Shown: piece after piece, positions 1 to 9,498 of the stretch
Layout: the number at the start of each line of letters is the position of its first letter
Numbering within the stretch: position 1 is the first letter of the stretch
Assembly: GCA_963843845.1 (NCBI GenBank)
Contig: CAWJMB010000002.1
Coordinates: forward strand, 1,088,001 to 1,152,000
DNA: 64,000 nt
DNA from: an uncultured Gemmatimonadaceae bacterium
GTDB taxonomy: Bacteria; Gemmatimonadota; Gemmatimonadetes; Gemmatimonadales; Gemmatimonadaceae
Direction: 5' to 3'
The notes under the pieces: generated by a model
Told to the model about the DNA's origin: nothing
Seen by the model: the letters and a program-made list of their open reading frames with translations, nothing else
Database searches by the model: none
Made by a program: the position numbers and the translations under genes

Positions 1-1055
1 GACTGCTGCTGTGCCTGACCCTGTGGCTGATGACCCTGCTGACCGCCCTGCTGCTGGTGCGGCGCGCCCTGACCGTCGCGCTGCCGGTTGCGCTGGCGAT
101 TGCGGCGCCGCGCGTTTCGGCCCCCTCGCTCGAACTGCTGCCCCGCGCCGCCGCCCGGTCCACCCTGGCGATCGGGTCGGTCGTTGCTCCGGTCGTTGTC
201 CGGTCGTTTGCGATCGAAGGGGCGATGCGCACTGTCGCCTCGAACGTCCTGACCGGCCGGCCGCTGGTCATACGGCCGCTGGTCCGGACGGCCACCCTGC
301 TGGAACGGTCCCCCGCCGCCCTGGCGGTTCCGCCCTCGCCGCGGGCCGCGGTCCGGGCGCCCATCGCGGTTGGGCTGGTGCTGATAGCCGCCTTGCTGCG
401 TACCGCCGCCCTGGTGGGTGCCGTCGGCGCTCGGTGCGCGGTCGAACGATTCGCGCTCCGGCGACGCCCGATCGGGCGACTCGCGCTCTCGCGATTCGCG
501 CTCTCGCGACTCGCGCTCGGGCGATTCACGAAGGGACTCGTGGGGTACCTCGATGGGATCACGGTCAGCGATCGGCTCGCGCGCCCGATGTCGGTCGGTC
601 GGCAGCCCGGCCAGATCACTCTCGTCGCCGCCGAAGCTCATCGGCTGCGGCTCCGCGCCCTCGCCGTGCTCGGCACGCTCTGCCCGGTCAGTCCGGGGGC
701 GGCGCGGGGTGCGCGCGGCACGGGGCGGGCGCTCCGCCGGCGCCGCACTCGCCGAGTCGGCGCTCGCGGACTCGGCGCTCGCAGTCCCCGCGCTCGCAGA
801 CTCGGCGCTCGCAGACTCGGCGCTCGCGACCTCCGACCGGGGGGCGCGCGGCGTTTTCGCGACGCGTCGGCGCACAGGCGCCGCCGAACTGTCGGCCGAC
901 TCGGTCGGTGCGGCCGCGGGGGCGGTGGCCGACGGCGTGGACTCGGCGCGGCGCTCCGCGTCGTCCCGGTACGGATTGTCTTCGAGCGGTCCATCGGTCT
1001 GCGCACTGGCAGCCGGACGTCCGCGGCCACGCCGGGTCGGGCGAGGTTCGGTCAT
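1..1055 (-). CDS. Partial CDS running off the window: >350 aa low-complexity R/E/S- then Q/G/R-rich N-terminus, probably transcription termination factor Rho with an N-terminal disordered extension
   Basis: Hand translation from ATG 1055 (MTEPRPTRRGRGRP...ASAES repeats...RESRE repeats...RNRQRNRQRDGQG...QQQGGQQG) is open to position 1. Not in the ORF track because there is no stop in the window. No catalytic domain is visible, so the Rho call is inferred from composition. Confidence 0.5.
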   Translation of the reverse strand, partial: MTEPRPTRRGRGRPAASAQTDGPLEDNPYRDDAERRAESTPSATAPAAAPTESADSSAAPVRRRVAKTPRAPRSEVASAESASAESASAGTASAESASADSASAAPAERPPRAARTPRRPRTDRAERAEHGEGAEPQPMSFGGDESDLAGLPTDRHRAREPIADRDPIEVPHESLRESPERESRERESRERESPDRASPERESFDRAPSADGTHQGGGTQQGGYQHQPNRDGRPDRGPRRGRNRQGGGGPFQQGGRPDQRPYDQRPAGQDVRGDSAHRPFDRKRPDNDRSNDRPDRQGGPGGGAGQQFERGGRNARRRNRQRNRQRDGQGAPHQQQGGQQGHQPQGQAQQQ

Positions 1056-1466
1056 GCAACGAGAGGTCGGAGTGGATGGTCCACGCGGCCGAGCCGCCCC
1101 GCGGTGCGCAGGAACGGGAGCAGGCGTAGAGGGGCGGGCGAGTCGCGAGAACGGAGACGCGGAACGCAATGCGGATCGCGCCGAGTCCCGGATCGGAGCG
1201 TCCGGATCGGGAGGAGCGGCGCGAGTGCCTCGGAGTCGCACGGGGCGCAGGCAGAACACGCGAGGACGCGACGGTCCGTCGGTGCTGCGGGGCGGCGGTA
1301 CGCCGGGCGAAGGCGCCAGCGCCAGCCGTGCGATGCGGGCCGCGGACAGCAGCCTGCCGAGTGCGCTACGAGTATGACGCTCGGATCGGCCGCGCGCAAC
1401 CCATGACGCGCGCTCCGCCGTCTGGTCCGCGCGCTGCACCTCCTGGCGACGGTTATCTTCTGGCTC

Positions 1467-2087
1467 ATGCCGATCGACACGCACGCCACCCCGGCCGCCT
1501 CCCGGACCACGCCCCTCAAGGCGCATGTCACCGACGCCGTCGCGCAGTACGAGGCCACACAGAACACGGCCGCGCTGATCGCTCGCCTGCTCACGATCGC
1601 CGAAGGCGCCGACGCCGACGAGCTGATCGACGCCGCCGAGCCGTACCGCGAGATCCCCGAGATCGCCGGTCCGCTCTACGAACACGTCGTCGCGCAGCGT
1701 CCCGACGACGCGCGCGCGCTCGTCACGCTCGCCAACGCGTACTGGCTCACCGGGCGCGGCCCCGACGCGGTCGGCGAGCTCGCGACCCGCGCGATCGGCG
1801 CCGACCCGGCGAATCGCGCTGCCTGGCATCTCTGGGCGCTGACCGAGCCGAACCCGCGCCAGCGCACGCGGCGGTGGGAGCAGGTGACGCGCCGGTTCCC
1901 CGACGACCAGCTCGCGAAGGCGCTGCTCGCCGACAACGCCGCGAGTCTCGCCGGCGCCGAGCACGACGACGAGGCGCTCGTGCTCGCGATCGCGACGTAT
2001 GAATCGCTGCTCGCGTCCGCCGACCAGCCCGAGCAGCGCGCGGCCCTCGAGACGGCGCTCGGCACGCTGAGAGGGTGGAAGCTGTGA
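1467..2087 (+). CDS. TPR-like helical repeat hypothetical protein
   Basis: 206 aa ORF with TPR-like segments (ARALVTLANAYW...RAIGADPANRAAW). TATCTT lies 7 nt upstream of the ATG. Confidence 0.7.
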   Translation: MPIDTHATPAASRTTPLKAHVTDAVAQYEATQNTAALIARLLTIAEGADADELIDAAEPYREIPEIAGPLYEHVVAQRPDDARALVTLANAYWLTGRGPDAVGELATRAIGADPANRAAWHLWALTEPNPRQRTRRWEQVTRRFPDDQLAKALLADNAASLAGAEHDDEALVLAIATYESLLASADQPEQRAALETALGTLRGWKL

Positions 2088-2440
2088 GCGACGCGTCGAC
2101 CTCACTCGAGGAGTTCCGCCGGTTCCGCGAGCGGATGAACGCCGAGATCCTCGGCGAGAACAACCTCGTCGTCAACCGATTCTTCGCGCTCGACGGCCGC
2201 GCCTACGAAGCCGGTGCGCTCGACGTGCGAACCAAGGAGCTGCTGGGCCTCGTCGCCTCGCTCGTGCTTCGCTGCGACGACTGCGTGACCTACCACCTCG
2301 TTCGCTGCACGGAAGAGGGCATCACCCGCGCCGAGGCGTTCGAGGCGCTGTCGATCGGGCTCATCGTCGGTGGGTCGATCGTGATCCCGCACATGCGGCG
2401 CGCGGTGGATCGACTGACGGAGCTGGAGGAGAAGGCGTGA
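2084..2440 (+). CDS. Carboxymuconolactone decarboxylase / AhpD-family protein
   Basis: GALDVRTKELLGLVASLVLRCDDCVTYH (CxxC..H). GTG start overlaps the upstream TGA (GTGA). Confidence 0.88.
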   Translation: MSDASTSLEEFRRFRERMNAEILGENNLVVNRFFALDGRAYEAGALDVRTKELLGLVASLVLRCDDCVTYHLVRCTEEGITRAEAFEALSIGLIVGGSIVIPHMRRAVDRLTELEEKA

Positions 2441-2444
2441 GAGG

Positions 2445-2487
2445 CGGGGATCGGGGAGCGATGTCCGAGATCGACCCCCGACTCCCG
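2445..2487. repeat. Heptamer-based palindromic element, short copy A
   Basis: cggggatcgggg...ccccgactcccg between convergent genes. Same family as 18523, 27971 and 39813. Confidence 0.5.
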
Positions 2488-2491
2488 GCGC

Positions 2492-3574
2492 TCACGGTCT
2501 CGCGACCGTCTCCGGATTTCCGTCCGACACGTAGCGACCGCCCGGGCCTGCCTTGTCGAGGTTCCGGAGCGTCGACTCGAGCGCGTTCTTGAACATGATC
2601 TGCCGGTTCACGCTGTGCGCGTCGAACTTCGGATCGTAGGGACTCTCGTTCGGGTTGCCCGAGACTTCGAGCACCGTGTCGTAGCGATACGCGATCGTCT
2701 TCTTCGACTTCGGATCGGTCCACGACCCGGCCCAGGCGAGCGGGCGGTTCTTCGGCCACATGCCTAACGGCAGCGCGAACGTGCGCACCTTGTAGCCCGG
2801 CACCGCCGAGTCGATCGCCATGTCGCCGCGCGCGATGAACTCCTGGACCTTCTCGCCGGCCCGGTCCAGCCGCGCATGGTAGAGCGTGTGGTTGCACAGC
2901 TCGTAGCCCTGCGCGTTCAGGAACTGCAGCTTCTTGAAGCGCCACTCGGTCTTCTGTCCTTCGATCCCCTTGTCGCCGAAGAACGAACGGCCGGCCTGCG
3001 CGGCAGGGAGCATGCAGAACACGGCCCGCCGCGGCCAATCCTTGTGCGTGTCGGCGAACTGCTCGAGAATGCCGACCGCACTCGTCGGGTCGATGACGAG
3101 CGAGCTTCCCTTCTCGAGGTAGCGGAACTGCGACGCCGAGGCGTCGTCGAACACGAGCACGACCGGTGAGATCCCCTTGGGCAACTGCTGAATCTTCTTG
3201 TCGATGACGTCGACCATGTTCACCGGCCGGTAGCCGGCGCGGTACAGCGCCTCGAGATCCTGCCGCAGTCGCTCCGGCGTGCGCGTGAACTCGTTCGTCT
3301 CCTGCGGGACGATGAGGTGATACTCGAGCACCGGGATGCGACCGAGCTCGTTCGGTGCGCGCGCCTCGGCCGCCCCGACCTCACCTGCGGAGGCGGCCAC
3401 GGTCTCGCCACGCGGCTGGTCGGAGCGGAGCGACGGCTCACTCGTGCCGGCGGCTGCCGCCGCCGTGGTCGTGTCGGCAGGCGCGGCGTCGCGACTGGCG
3501 CAGGCGGTGGCGAGAAGCGCTGCGGCGCAGGCGGCGTAGGGAAGGGCGGAGCGGTTCGACGACAGGAGCGACAT
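2492..3574 (-). CDS. Polysaccharide deacetylase (NodB/CE4) family lipoprotein
   Basis: Lipobox LATAC. Motifs IPVLEYH, VLVFDDA, ELCNHTLYH, FALPLG. The real gene is the C-terminal 360 aa of the 956-aa ORF. Confidence 0.85.
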   Translation of the reverse strand: MSLLSSNRSALPYAACAAALLATACASRDAAPADTTTAAAAAGTSEPSLRSDQPRGETVAASAGEVGAAEARAPNELGRIPVLEYHLIVPQETNEFTRTPERLRQDLEALYRAGYRPVNMVDVIDKKIQQLPKGISPVVLVFDDASASQFRYLEKGSSLVIDPTSAVGILEQFADTHKDWPRRAVFCMLPAAQAGRSFFGDKGIEGQKTEWRFKKLQFLNAQGYELCNHTLYHARLDRAGEKVQEFIARGDMAIDSAVPGYKVRTFALPLGMWPKNRPLAWAGSWTDPKSKKTIAYRYDTVLEVSGNPNESPYDPKFDAHSVNRQIMFKNALESTLRNLDKAGPGGRYVSDGNPETVARP

Positions 3575-3673
3575 GGTCCAGAACGACGGATACGGAACGC
3601 CGCTCGAGGCGGCGCGGTGCGGGGATGCGCAACGTAACGGACCCGCGTGGCTCGCGCGGCGTACCATGCTGCC

Positions 3674-5857
3674 ATGACGCCTGTCACGACGCGCCTCCGC
3701 GCCCGCGCCGCCCGCTTCCGCGCGCGATTGCACCCCGAGCCGCCGGTGCCGGCCCGCATCTGGATGCGTCGCCAGTGGGGGGGCCTCCTCGCGCTCGGCC
3801 TGCTCGTCGCCGGCGTCGCCGCTGGCGACGCGTGGCTGCTCACCTGCGGCTTCGGCCGATGCCCGACCGCCGCGGACATCCGCGCCTTCCATCCCACGGA
3901 GGGCGGCCGGATCGTCGACCGCAACCGCGCGCCGATGGGCCGCCTGCGCCTCGTGCGCCGGGTGAACGTGCCGCTCGCCGACGTGCCGCTCCACGTGCGG
4001 CAGGCGTTCCTCGCGACCGAGGACCGACGCTTCTACCAGCACCGCGGCGTCGACTGGCACGGCGCCGCCCGCGCCACCCTGTCGAACCTGCGCGCGCTCG
4101 GCGTGCGTGAAGGGTTCAGCACGATCACGATGCAGGTCGTGCGCAACACGTTCGCCGTCGAGCGGCAGGGCGAGCGATCGCTGCAGCGCAAGCTCATCGA
4201 GCTGCGCGTGAGCCGACTCGTCGAGCGTGCGCTCACGAAGGACGAGATTCTCCAGCTCTACCTGAACGTCATCTACCTCGGCGGCGGCGTGTACGGCGTC
4301 GAAGGGGCGAGCCGCGACCTGTTCGGACGCGGGGTGAGCGAGGTGACCATCGCGCAGGGCGCGATGCTCGCCGCGCTGCCGAAAGGGCCGTCGTCGTACA
4401 CTCCGCGCCGCTCGCGCGCCCGCGCCCTGCGCCGCCGCAACCTCGTGCTGGCCCTGATGTCGCGCGAAGGGTACCTCACCGCGGCGCAGACCACCGCCGC
4501 GCAGAGCGCACCGCTCGTCGTCAACAAGGACGGCTGGCGCCCCGACTCGCGCACCGACTCCTACGCGCTCGACCTCGTGCGCGAGCTCGTCGACTCGGTG
4601 CGCGACGCGCGCGACATCGCGTCGAGCGACCTGACGGTGACGACGACGCTCGACCTCCGCGCCCAGCAGGCCGCCGATCGTGCCGTGCGGCGCCGGGCCG
4701 ACGCGATCGCCAGCGTGACCGGCCGCGCCGGCGCACAGGGGGCGATGGTCGCGCTCGACCCGCGCACGGGCGACGTACGCGCGCTCGTCGGCGGCCGCGT
4801 CTACGAGCGCGGCAACTTCAACCGCGCGACCGACGCGCACCGTCAGCCAGGCTCCGCGTTCAAGCCGTTCGTCTACGCCGCGGCGCTCATGAGCGGGATG
4901 ACGCCGGCGAGCGAGGCGCTCGACGAGCCGGTCGAGGTCGCGATCGGCCGCACGGTGTGGCGCCCGCAGAACTACGACGGGGCGTACCTCGGCGAGACGA
5001 CGCTGCGCAACGCGCTCGCCCACTCGGCGAACGCGGCGACGGTTCGCGTCAGCCGCGCGGTCGGGGAGCCGCGCGTCGTCGAGGTCGCACACCGCAACGG
5101 CATCGCGAGCCATCTCGACCCGGTGCCGTCGATCGCGTTGGGCGCCGTCGAAGTCACGCCGCAGGAGCTGGTGACGGCGTACGCGCCCTTCGCGAACGGC
5201 GGCTACCGCGTGACGCCGCGCCTCGTGCAGTCGATCGCGACGTCGGACGGCACGGTGCTCTGGACCGCTGAGCGGGCGGAGCCCGTGCGAGTCATGGACG
5301 CACGCGACGCGTTCCTGTTGACGTCGATGCTCCGCTCGGTCGTCGACGAAGGCACGGGACACGCCGTGCGCGACTACGGCATCCGGGCGCCCGTCGCGGG
5401 CAAGACCGGCACGACCAACAACGGCACCGACGTCTGGTTCGTCGGCTACACGCCGAGCGTCGTCGCGGGCTTCTGGTTCGGCTACGACGAGCCGCGCCCG
5501 TTAGGCGGCGGCGCGAGTGGCGGCCGCCTCGCCGCGCCCGCGTGGGCGGAGTTCTACCAGGCGGGGTGGAAGGAGCAGGAGCGCGAGTGGGTCGCGCCGC
5601 CGGGGCTCGTGCGCCGCACGATCGACGCGGACAACGGGCTGCTCGCCTCCGAGGCCTGTCCCAGAGTGCGCGACGAATGGTTCAAGACCGGCAGCGAGCC
5701 GACCGCGTACTGCCCGCTCGATCACGTCGAGGCGCCGGACGATCCCCGGGCCGATGTGCCGGCGCCGGTGCAGGTCATTCCGCGCGCGATCGAGAAGGCG
5801 GGGAAGGAGGTCGGGAAGGGGATCGGAAAGCTCTTCCGCCGGATCTTCAAGTGGTGA
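3674..5857 (+). CDS. Class A penicillin-binding protein (PBP1A family, transglycosylase-transpeptidase)
   Basis: EDRRFYQHRG, GFSTITMQ, RKLIE glycosyltransferase motifs. SAFK, SAN and KTGT transpeptidase motifs. Confidence 0.95.
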   Translation: MTPVTTRLRARAARFRARLHPEPPVPARIWMRRQWGGLLALGLLVAGVAAGDAWLLTCGFGRCPTAADIRAFHPTEGGRIVDRNRAPMGRLRLVRRVNVPLADVPLHVRQAFLATEDRRFYQHRGVDWHGAARATLSNLRALGVREGFSTITMQVVRNTFAVERQGERSLQRKLIELRVSRLVERALTKDEILQLYLNVIYLGGGVYGVEGASRDLFGRGVSEVTIAQGAMLAALPKGPSSYTPRRSRARALRRRNLVLALMSREGYLTAAQTTAAQSAPLVVNKDGWRPDSRTDSYALDLVRELVDSVRDARDIASSDLTVTTTLDLRAQQAADRAVRRRADAIASVTGRAGAQGAMVALDPRTGDVRALVGGRVYERGNFNRATDAHRQPGSAFKPFVYAAALMSGMTPASEALDEPVEVAIGRTVWRPQNYDGAYLGETTLRNALAHSANAATVRVSRAVGEPRVVEVAHRNGIASHLDPVPSIALGAVEVTPQELVTAYAPFANGGYRVTPRLVQSIATSDGTVLWTAERAEPVRVMDARDAFLLTSMLRSVVDEGTGHAVRDYGIRAPVAGKTGTTNNGTDVWFVGYTPSVVAGFWFGYDEPRPLGGGASGGRLAAPAWAEFYQAGWKEQEREWVAPPGLVRRTIDADNGLLASEACPRVRDEWFKTGSEPTAYCPLDHVEAPDDPRADVPAPVQVIPRAIEKAGKEVGKGIGKLFRRIFKW

Positions 5858-6734
5858 CCGACCCCGTCACGACGTGCACGGCGTCGCGTTGCAGCCGATA
5901 CGCGAGCGGCGCCCGCATCCGGACCAGCTCGCCGTCGACGGAGACGGTGCCCCACGGCCGGCGCAGGGTGATCGTGCACGCGTCGACCAGATAGACGTCG
6001 AGCGCTTCCGTCCGCGTGAGCGTCCGCACGCCGCGCAGGAGCGAGCCGAGCGCGAGCCGCAGCATCGCGGCCGGTGTGTCGGCGCGCACCACGAAGACGT
6101 GGAGCGCGCGCCTGCCGTTCGGCACCCGGTTGCCGAGTCCGGTCTCGCTCCGCTCGAGCGCTCGCTCGCCGACGCCGACGAACACGAGCGGCGCACGGTA
6201 GCTGCGCGCGACGCCGTCCGCGGTCTCGAACGCGACCGTGAAGCCGCGCAGCCCGACCCAGGTGCGGACCGCCGCGAAGACGCTCGCGATGCGATAGCCG
6301 AGCCACGGCTCGAGCCGCTCGCGCGCGCGGACGAACAGCACGTAGAGCCCGACCGAGCTGGTGTTCAGGATCGCCTGCTCGTTCACGTAGCCGAGGTCGA
6401 CGGCGCGGGCGGCGCCGGCCGCGGCGAGTTCGAGCGCCGCGGCCGGATCGTCGCACGGGATGTTCACGTCGTGCGCGAAGTGGTTCAGAGTGCCGCCCGG
6501 AAAGACCGCGATCTCGAGCGCCGAGCCGGCCGCCGCGCCGCAGGCCTGCGCGACCGAGCCGTCGCCGCCGGACACGAGGATGCGCGGCGTGCCACGTTCG
6601 ACTTCGCCGCGTACGGCGTCGGCGAGCGCGGCGGGATCGGTCTCGCGCAGCTCGAAGCGCGCGTCGCCGCCGATCGCAGTCCGGGCGGCGGCGGCGCTTC
6701 CAGAACGTGGGTTGACGAATGCGGGAATCGGCAC
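5847..6734 (-). CDS. Diacylglycerol/lipid kinase family protein (YegS-like)
   Basis: NPRSG, GGDGS, PGGTLNHFA, VDGE motifs. Confidence 0.9.
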   Translation of the reverse strand: MPIPAFVNPRSGSAAAARTAIGGDARFELRETDPAALADAVRGEVERGTPRILVSGGDGSVAQACGAAAGSALEIAVFPGGTLNHFAHDVNIPCDDPAAALELAAAGAARAVDLGYVNEQAILNTSSVGLYVLFVRARERLEPWLGYRIASVFAAVRTWVGLRGFTVAFETADGVARSYRAPLVFVGVGERALERSETGLGNRVPNGRRALHVFVVRADTPAAMLRLALGSLLRGVRTLTRTEALDVYLVDACTITLRRPWGTVSVDGELVRMRAPLAYRLQRDAVHVVTGSVTT

Positions 6735-6775
6735 GTATGGGCCCTATTCAAGAGCCACGCCGTTATCGTAGCACG

Positions 6776-8137
6776 ATGGCTACGGCTCCCCACGCCACCG
6801 ATCCGCACTACGCCCGCCGCCTCGGCCTGTTCTCCGCGACGATGCTCGTCGTCGGCGGGATCGTCGGGTCGGGCATCTTCCTCAATCCGGCGGTCGTCGC
6901 GCGCCGCACCGGCACCGCGCCGCTCACGTTAGGCACCTGGCTGCTCGGCGCCGTCATCGCGCTCCTCGGCGCGACGATCTTCGCGGAGCTGGGGCGGCGG
7001 CGGCCACAGGTCGGCGGCGGGTACGCGTATCTGCGCGACGCGTTCGGCCCGCTCCCGGCGTTTCTCTACGGATGGGCGCTGCTGCTCGCCATCGCGACCG
7101 GCGCCGTCGCCGCGGTCGCGGTGACGTTCGCCCGCTACAGCGCGCCACTCTTCGGACTCGGCGACCGGGCGCACTCGGCGCTCGCGATCGGCGCCGTCGT
7201 GGCGCTGTCGATCGTGAACGCGCTCGGTGTCGAGATGGGCGCGGCGACGCAGAACGTGTTCACCGTCCTCAAGCTCGCGGCGCTGGGCCTGCTGCTCGTC
7301 GGCGCGTGCTTCATCCCGGCTGGCGCGCTCCCGTCGCTGCCGACGCCGATCGCTGCCGTGCCACTCGATCCACCGGTCGGGATCGCGGCGACGCTGCTCA
7401 CGGTCAGCACCGCGCTCGTACCCGTGCTGTTCTCGTACGGGGGCTTTCAGCAGGCGAACTTCGTCGCCGGCGAGCTGCGCGATCCGGAACGCACGCTGCC
7501 GAAGGCGCTGATCCTCGGCGTGCTCGTCGTCGTCGTCGTCTACCTCGCCACGAACGTGGCGTATCTGCGCGCGTTGGGCGTCGCCGGGCTGGCGGGGAGC
7601 CTCGCGCCGGCGGCGGACACCATGACGCTGGTCGCCGGCGAGCGCGGGCGCCGCCTGATCGCGGCCGGCATCGCGGCGTCGACGTTCGGGTTCCTCAACC
7701 TCGTCATCCTCGTCTCGCCGCGCGTCTATCAGACGATGGCGCGGGACGGGCTGTTCTTCGCGAGCTTCGCGCGGCTGCATCCGCGGCTCCGCACGCCGGT
7801 GACGGCGATCATCTGGCAGGGCGCCGTCGCGGTCGCCCTGATCCTCAGCGGCAGCTACGGCCAGCTGCTCGACTGGGTGACGTTCGCCGACTGGATCTTC
7901 TTCGGCGCGACCGCGCTCACGCTCGTCGTCTTCCGCCGGCGCGACGCGGCGAGCGGCGCGCCCGACGTCGGCTACCGCGCGCCGCTCTACCCGGCGGGTA
8001 TCGCGCTCTTCGTGCTCGCCGCGGCGTACGTCGTCCTCGGCTCGATCGTGTCGAACCCGGGAAACGCGCTGCGCGGAGGGCTGCTCCTGGCGCTGGGCGT
8101 GCCGGTGTTTCTGTACTGGTACCGTCGGCGCGCCTGA
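6776..8137 (+). CDS. APC-family amino acid permease
   Basis: GGIVGSGIF, AELG, GGGYAY, GELRDPERTLP motifs and about 12 hydrophobic segments. Confidence 0.92.
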   Translation: MATAPHATDPHYARRLGLFSATMLVVGGIVGSGIFLNPAVVARRTGTAPLTLGTWLLGAVIALLGATIFAELGRRRPQVGGGYAYLRDAFGPLPAFLYGWALLLAIATGAVAAVAVTFARYSAPLFGLGDRAHSALAIGAVVALSIVNALGVEMGAATQNVFTVLKLAALGLLLVGACFIPAGALPSLPTPIAAVPLDPPVGIAATLLTVSTALVPVLFSYGGFQQANFVAGELRDPERTLPKALILGVLVVVVVYLATNVAYLRALGVAGLAGSLAPAADTMTLVAGERGRRLIAAGIAASTFGFLNLVILVSPRVYQTMARDGLFFASFARLHPRLRTPVTAIIWQGAVAVALILSGSYGQLLDWVTFADWIFFGATALTLVVFRRRDAASGAPDVGYRAPLYPAGIALFVLAAAYVVLGSIVSNPGNALRGGLLLALGVPVFLYWYRRRA

Positions 8138-8186
8138 CGGGCGCGCCGACGCATGCCCACGGCTGGGCCGTCGGCATGCCGACGGG

Positions 8187-9485
8187 CTAGCCGAGCACCC
8201 CGATCGACGTCGGGCCCGCGAACCCGGGGAAGATCGGCGACACGTCCCTCGCGCCGAGGTGCTTGGTCGTGATCTCGGCGAACACGGAGCGGAAGTCGGT
8301 CGTCAGCGCGAGGTCGCGCCCTTCGTTGAGCTGCTCCGGCGCGAGCCCGGGCCAGCGCCCGTGCACCCTGTGCCCCGCGACCGAGCCGCCGATCACGAAC
8401 ATCGCGCCGGCGTGACCGTGGTCGGTGCCCCCCGTGCCGTTCTGGCGCGCGGTGCGGCCGAACTCGGACATGGTGAGGATGACGACATCGCTCATGCGAT
8501 CGCCGAGGTCCGCGACGAGCGCGTTGATGGAGCGGGCGAACTCGTCGAGCCGATTCGCGAGCTGGCCGGTCGCGGCACCCTGGTTCACGTGCGTGTCCCA
8601 CCCGCCGACGTCGGCGAACGCGACCTCGAGGCCGACGTTGGCCTTGATGAGCTGCGCGATCTGGAGGAGTCGCTGGCCGAACTGCGTGTTCGGATACGCG
8701 GCGCCGTGCTGCGCCGCGTAGCGTCGCGGGTTCGCGGCGCGCAGCACCTTCATCGCCTCGAACATCTCGTTGCCGGCGCCGTGAACGAGGTCGGCCGATC
8801 CGGTGCGGTACAGCGCCTCCAGCCGCTGCTCCGCGTCGTCGCCGCTCGCGCGGATCGTGAAGTCGTCGATGCTGCTCATCGCGACGCTCGGCGCCGGGCC
8901 TTGCAGCGCGCGCGGTGTCTGCGAGGTCATCGAGACGGCGCGGAACGGCTGGCCGTCCTTGTCGACGATCGCGCTCGACGCGGGAGACGCCGCCTGCGAC
9001 GCACACCCCGACTCGCAGGTGCCGCGCACGGCGAGGTAGCGGTTGAGCCACCCGTCGTGCGTGCCCTTCACGTCGGGCGTCGCCGTCTCCATGTAGTCCT
9101 GCGCGTCGAAGTGCGAGCGGGTCGTGCTCGGACTCCCGACGGCGTGGATCGGCGCGAGCAGGCCACGGTCCCAGAGCGGCTTCATCGGCGCGAGCGACGG
9201 GTGCAGCGCGAAGAAGCCGTCGAGATCGATCGCTCCGTTCGCGCGGCCGGGCTGCGGGATCGCGATGTTCGGGCGGAGGGCGTAGTACGACCGGTCGCCG
9301 AACGGCACGAGCACGTTGAGCGCGTCGGCGGCGCCGCGCTGGAACAGGCAGATGAGCACCTTCCCCGGCCGCGGCACGGCCCCCGCCAGCTCCTGCGCGA
9401 ACACGCTGCGGCGGAGGAAGCTCGGGCTGAGGCCCAACGTCACGAGCGACAGGGCGCCCGATTTCAGGAACACTCTCCGTTGCAT
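8187..9485 (-). CDS. DUF1501 domain protein with Tat-like signal
   Basis: MQRRVFLK. Motifs FQRGAADALN, TRSHFDAQ, GGWDTH, SEFGRT, GTDHG. Confidence 0.92.
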   Translation of the reverse strand: MQRRVFLKSGALSLVTLGLSPSFLRRSVFAQELAGAVPRPGKVLICLFQRGAADALNVLVPFGDRSYYALRPNIAIPQPGRANGAIDLDGFFALHPSLAPMKPLWDRGLLAPIHAVGSPSTTRSHFDAQDYMETATPDVKGTHDGWLNRYLAVRGTCESGCASQAASPASSAIVDKDGQPFRAVSMTSQTPRALQGPAPSVAMSSIDDFTIRASGDDAEQRLEALYRTGSADLVHGAGNEMFEAMKVLRAANPRRYAAQHGAAYPNTQFGQRLLQIAQLIKANVGLEVAFADVGGWDTHVNQGAATGQLANRLDEFARSINALVADLGDRMSDVVILTMSEFGRTARQNGTGGTDHGHAGAMFVIGGSVAGHRVHGRWPGLAPEQLNEGRDLALTTDFRSVFAEITTKHLGARDVSPIFPGFAGPTSIGVLG

Positions 9486-9498
9486 GTCTCGACTCCGG

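Noticed and set aside
450..830. Short tandem repeats (also 26302-26365 and 27071-27118) as a possible CRISPR array
   Set aside because: Units are 12-15 nt and contiguous with no spacers, mostly encode linkers, and no cas genes are present.
11..1406. Long plus-strand ORFs (372, 458 and 319 aa) and many similar Arg/Ala/Pro-rich ORFs across the window (e.g. 12376-15420, 41840-44695)
   Set aside because: Shadow ORFs typical of high-GC DNA. They overlap well-supported genes and have no motifs.
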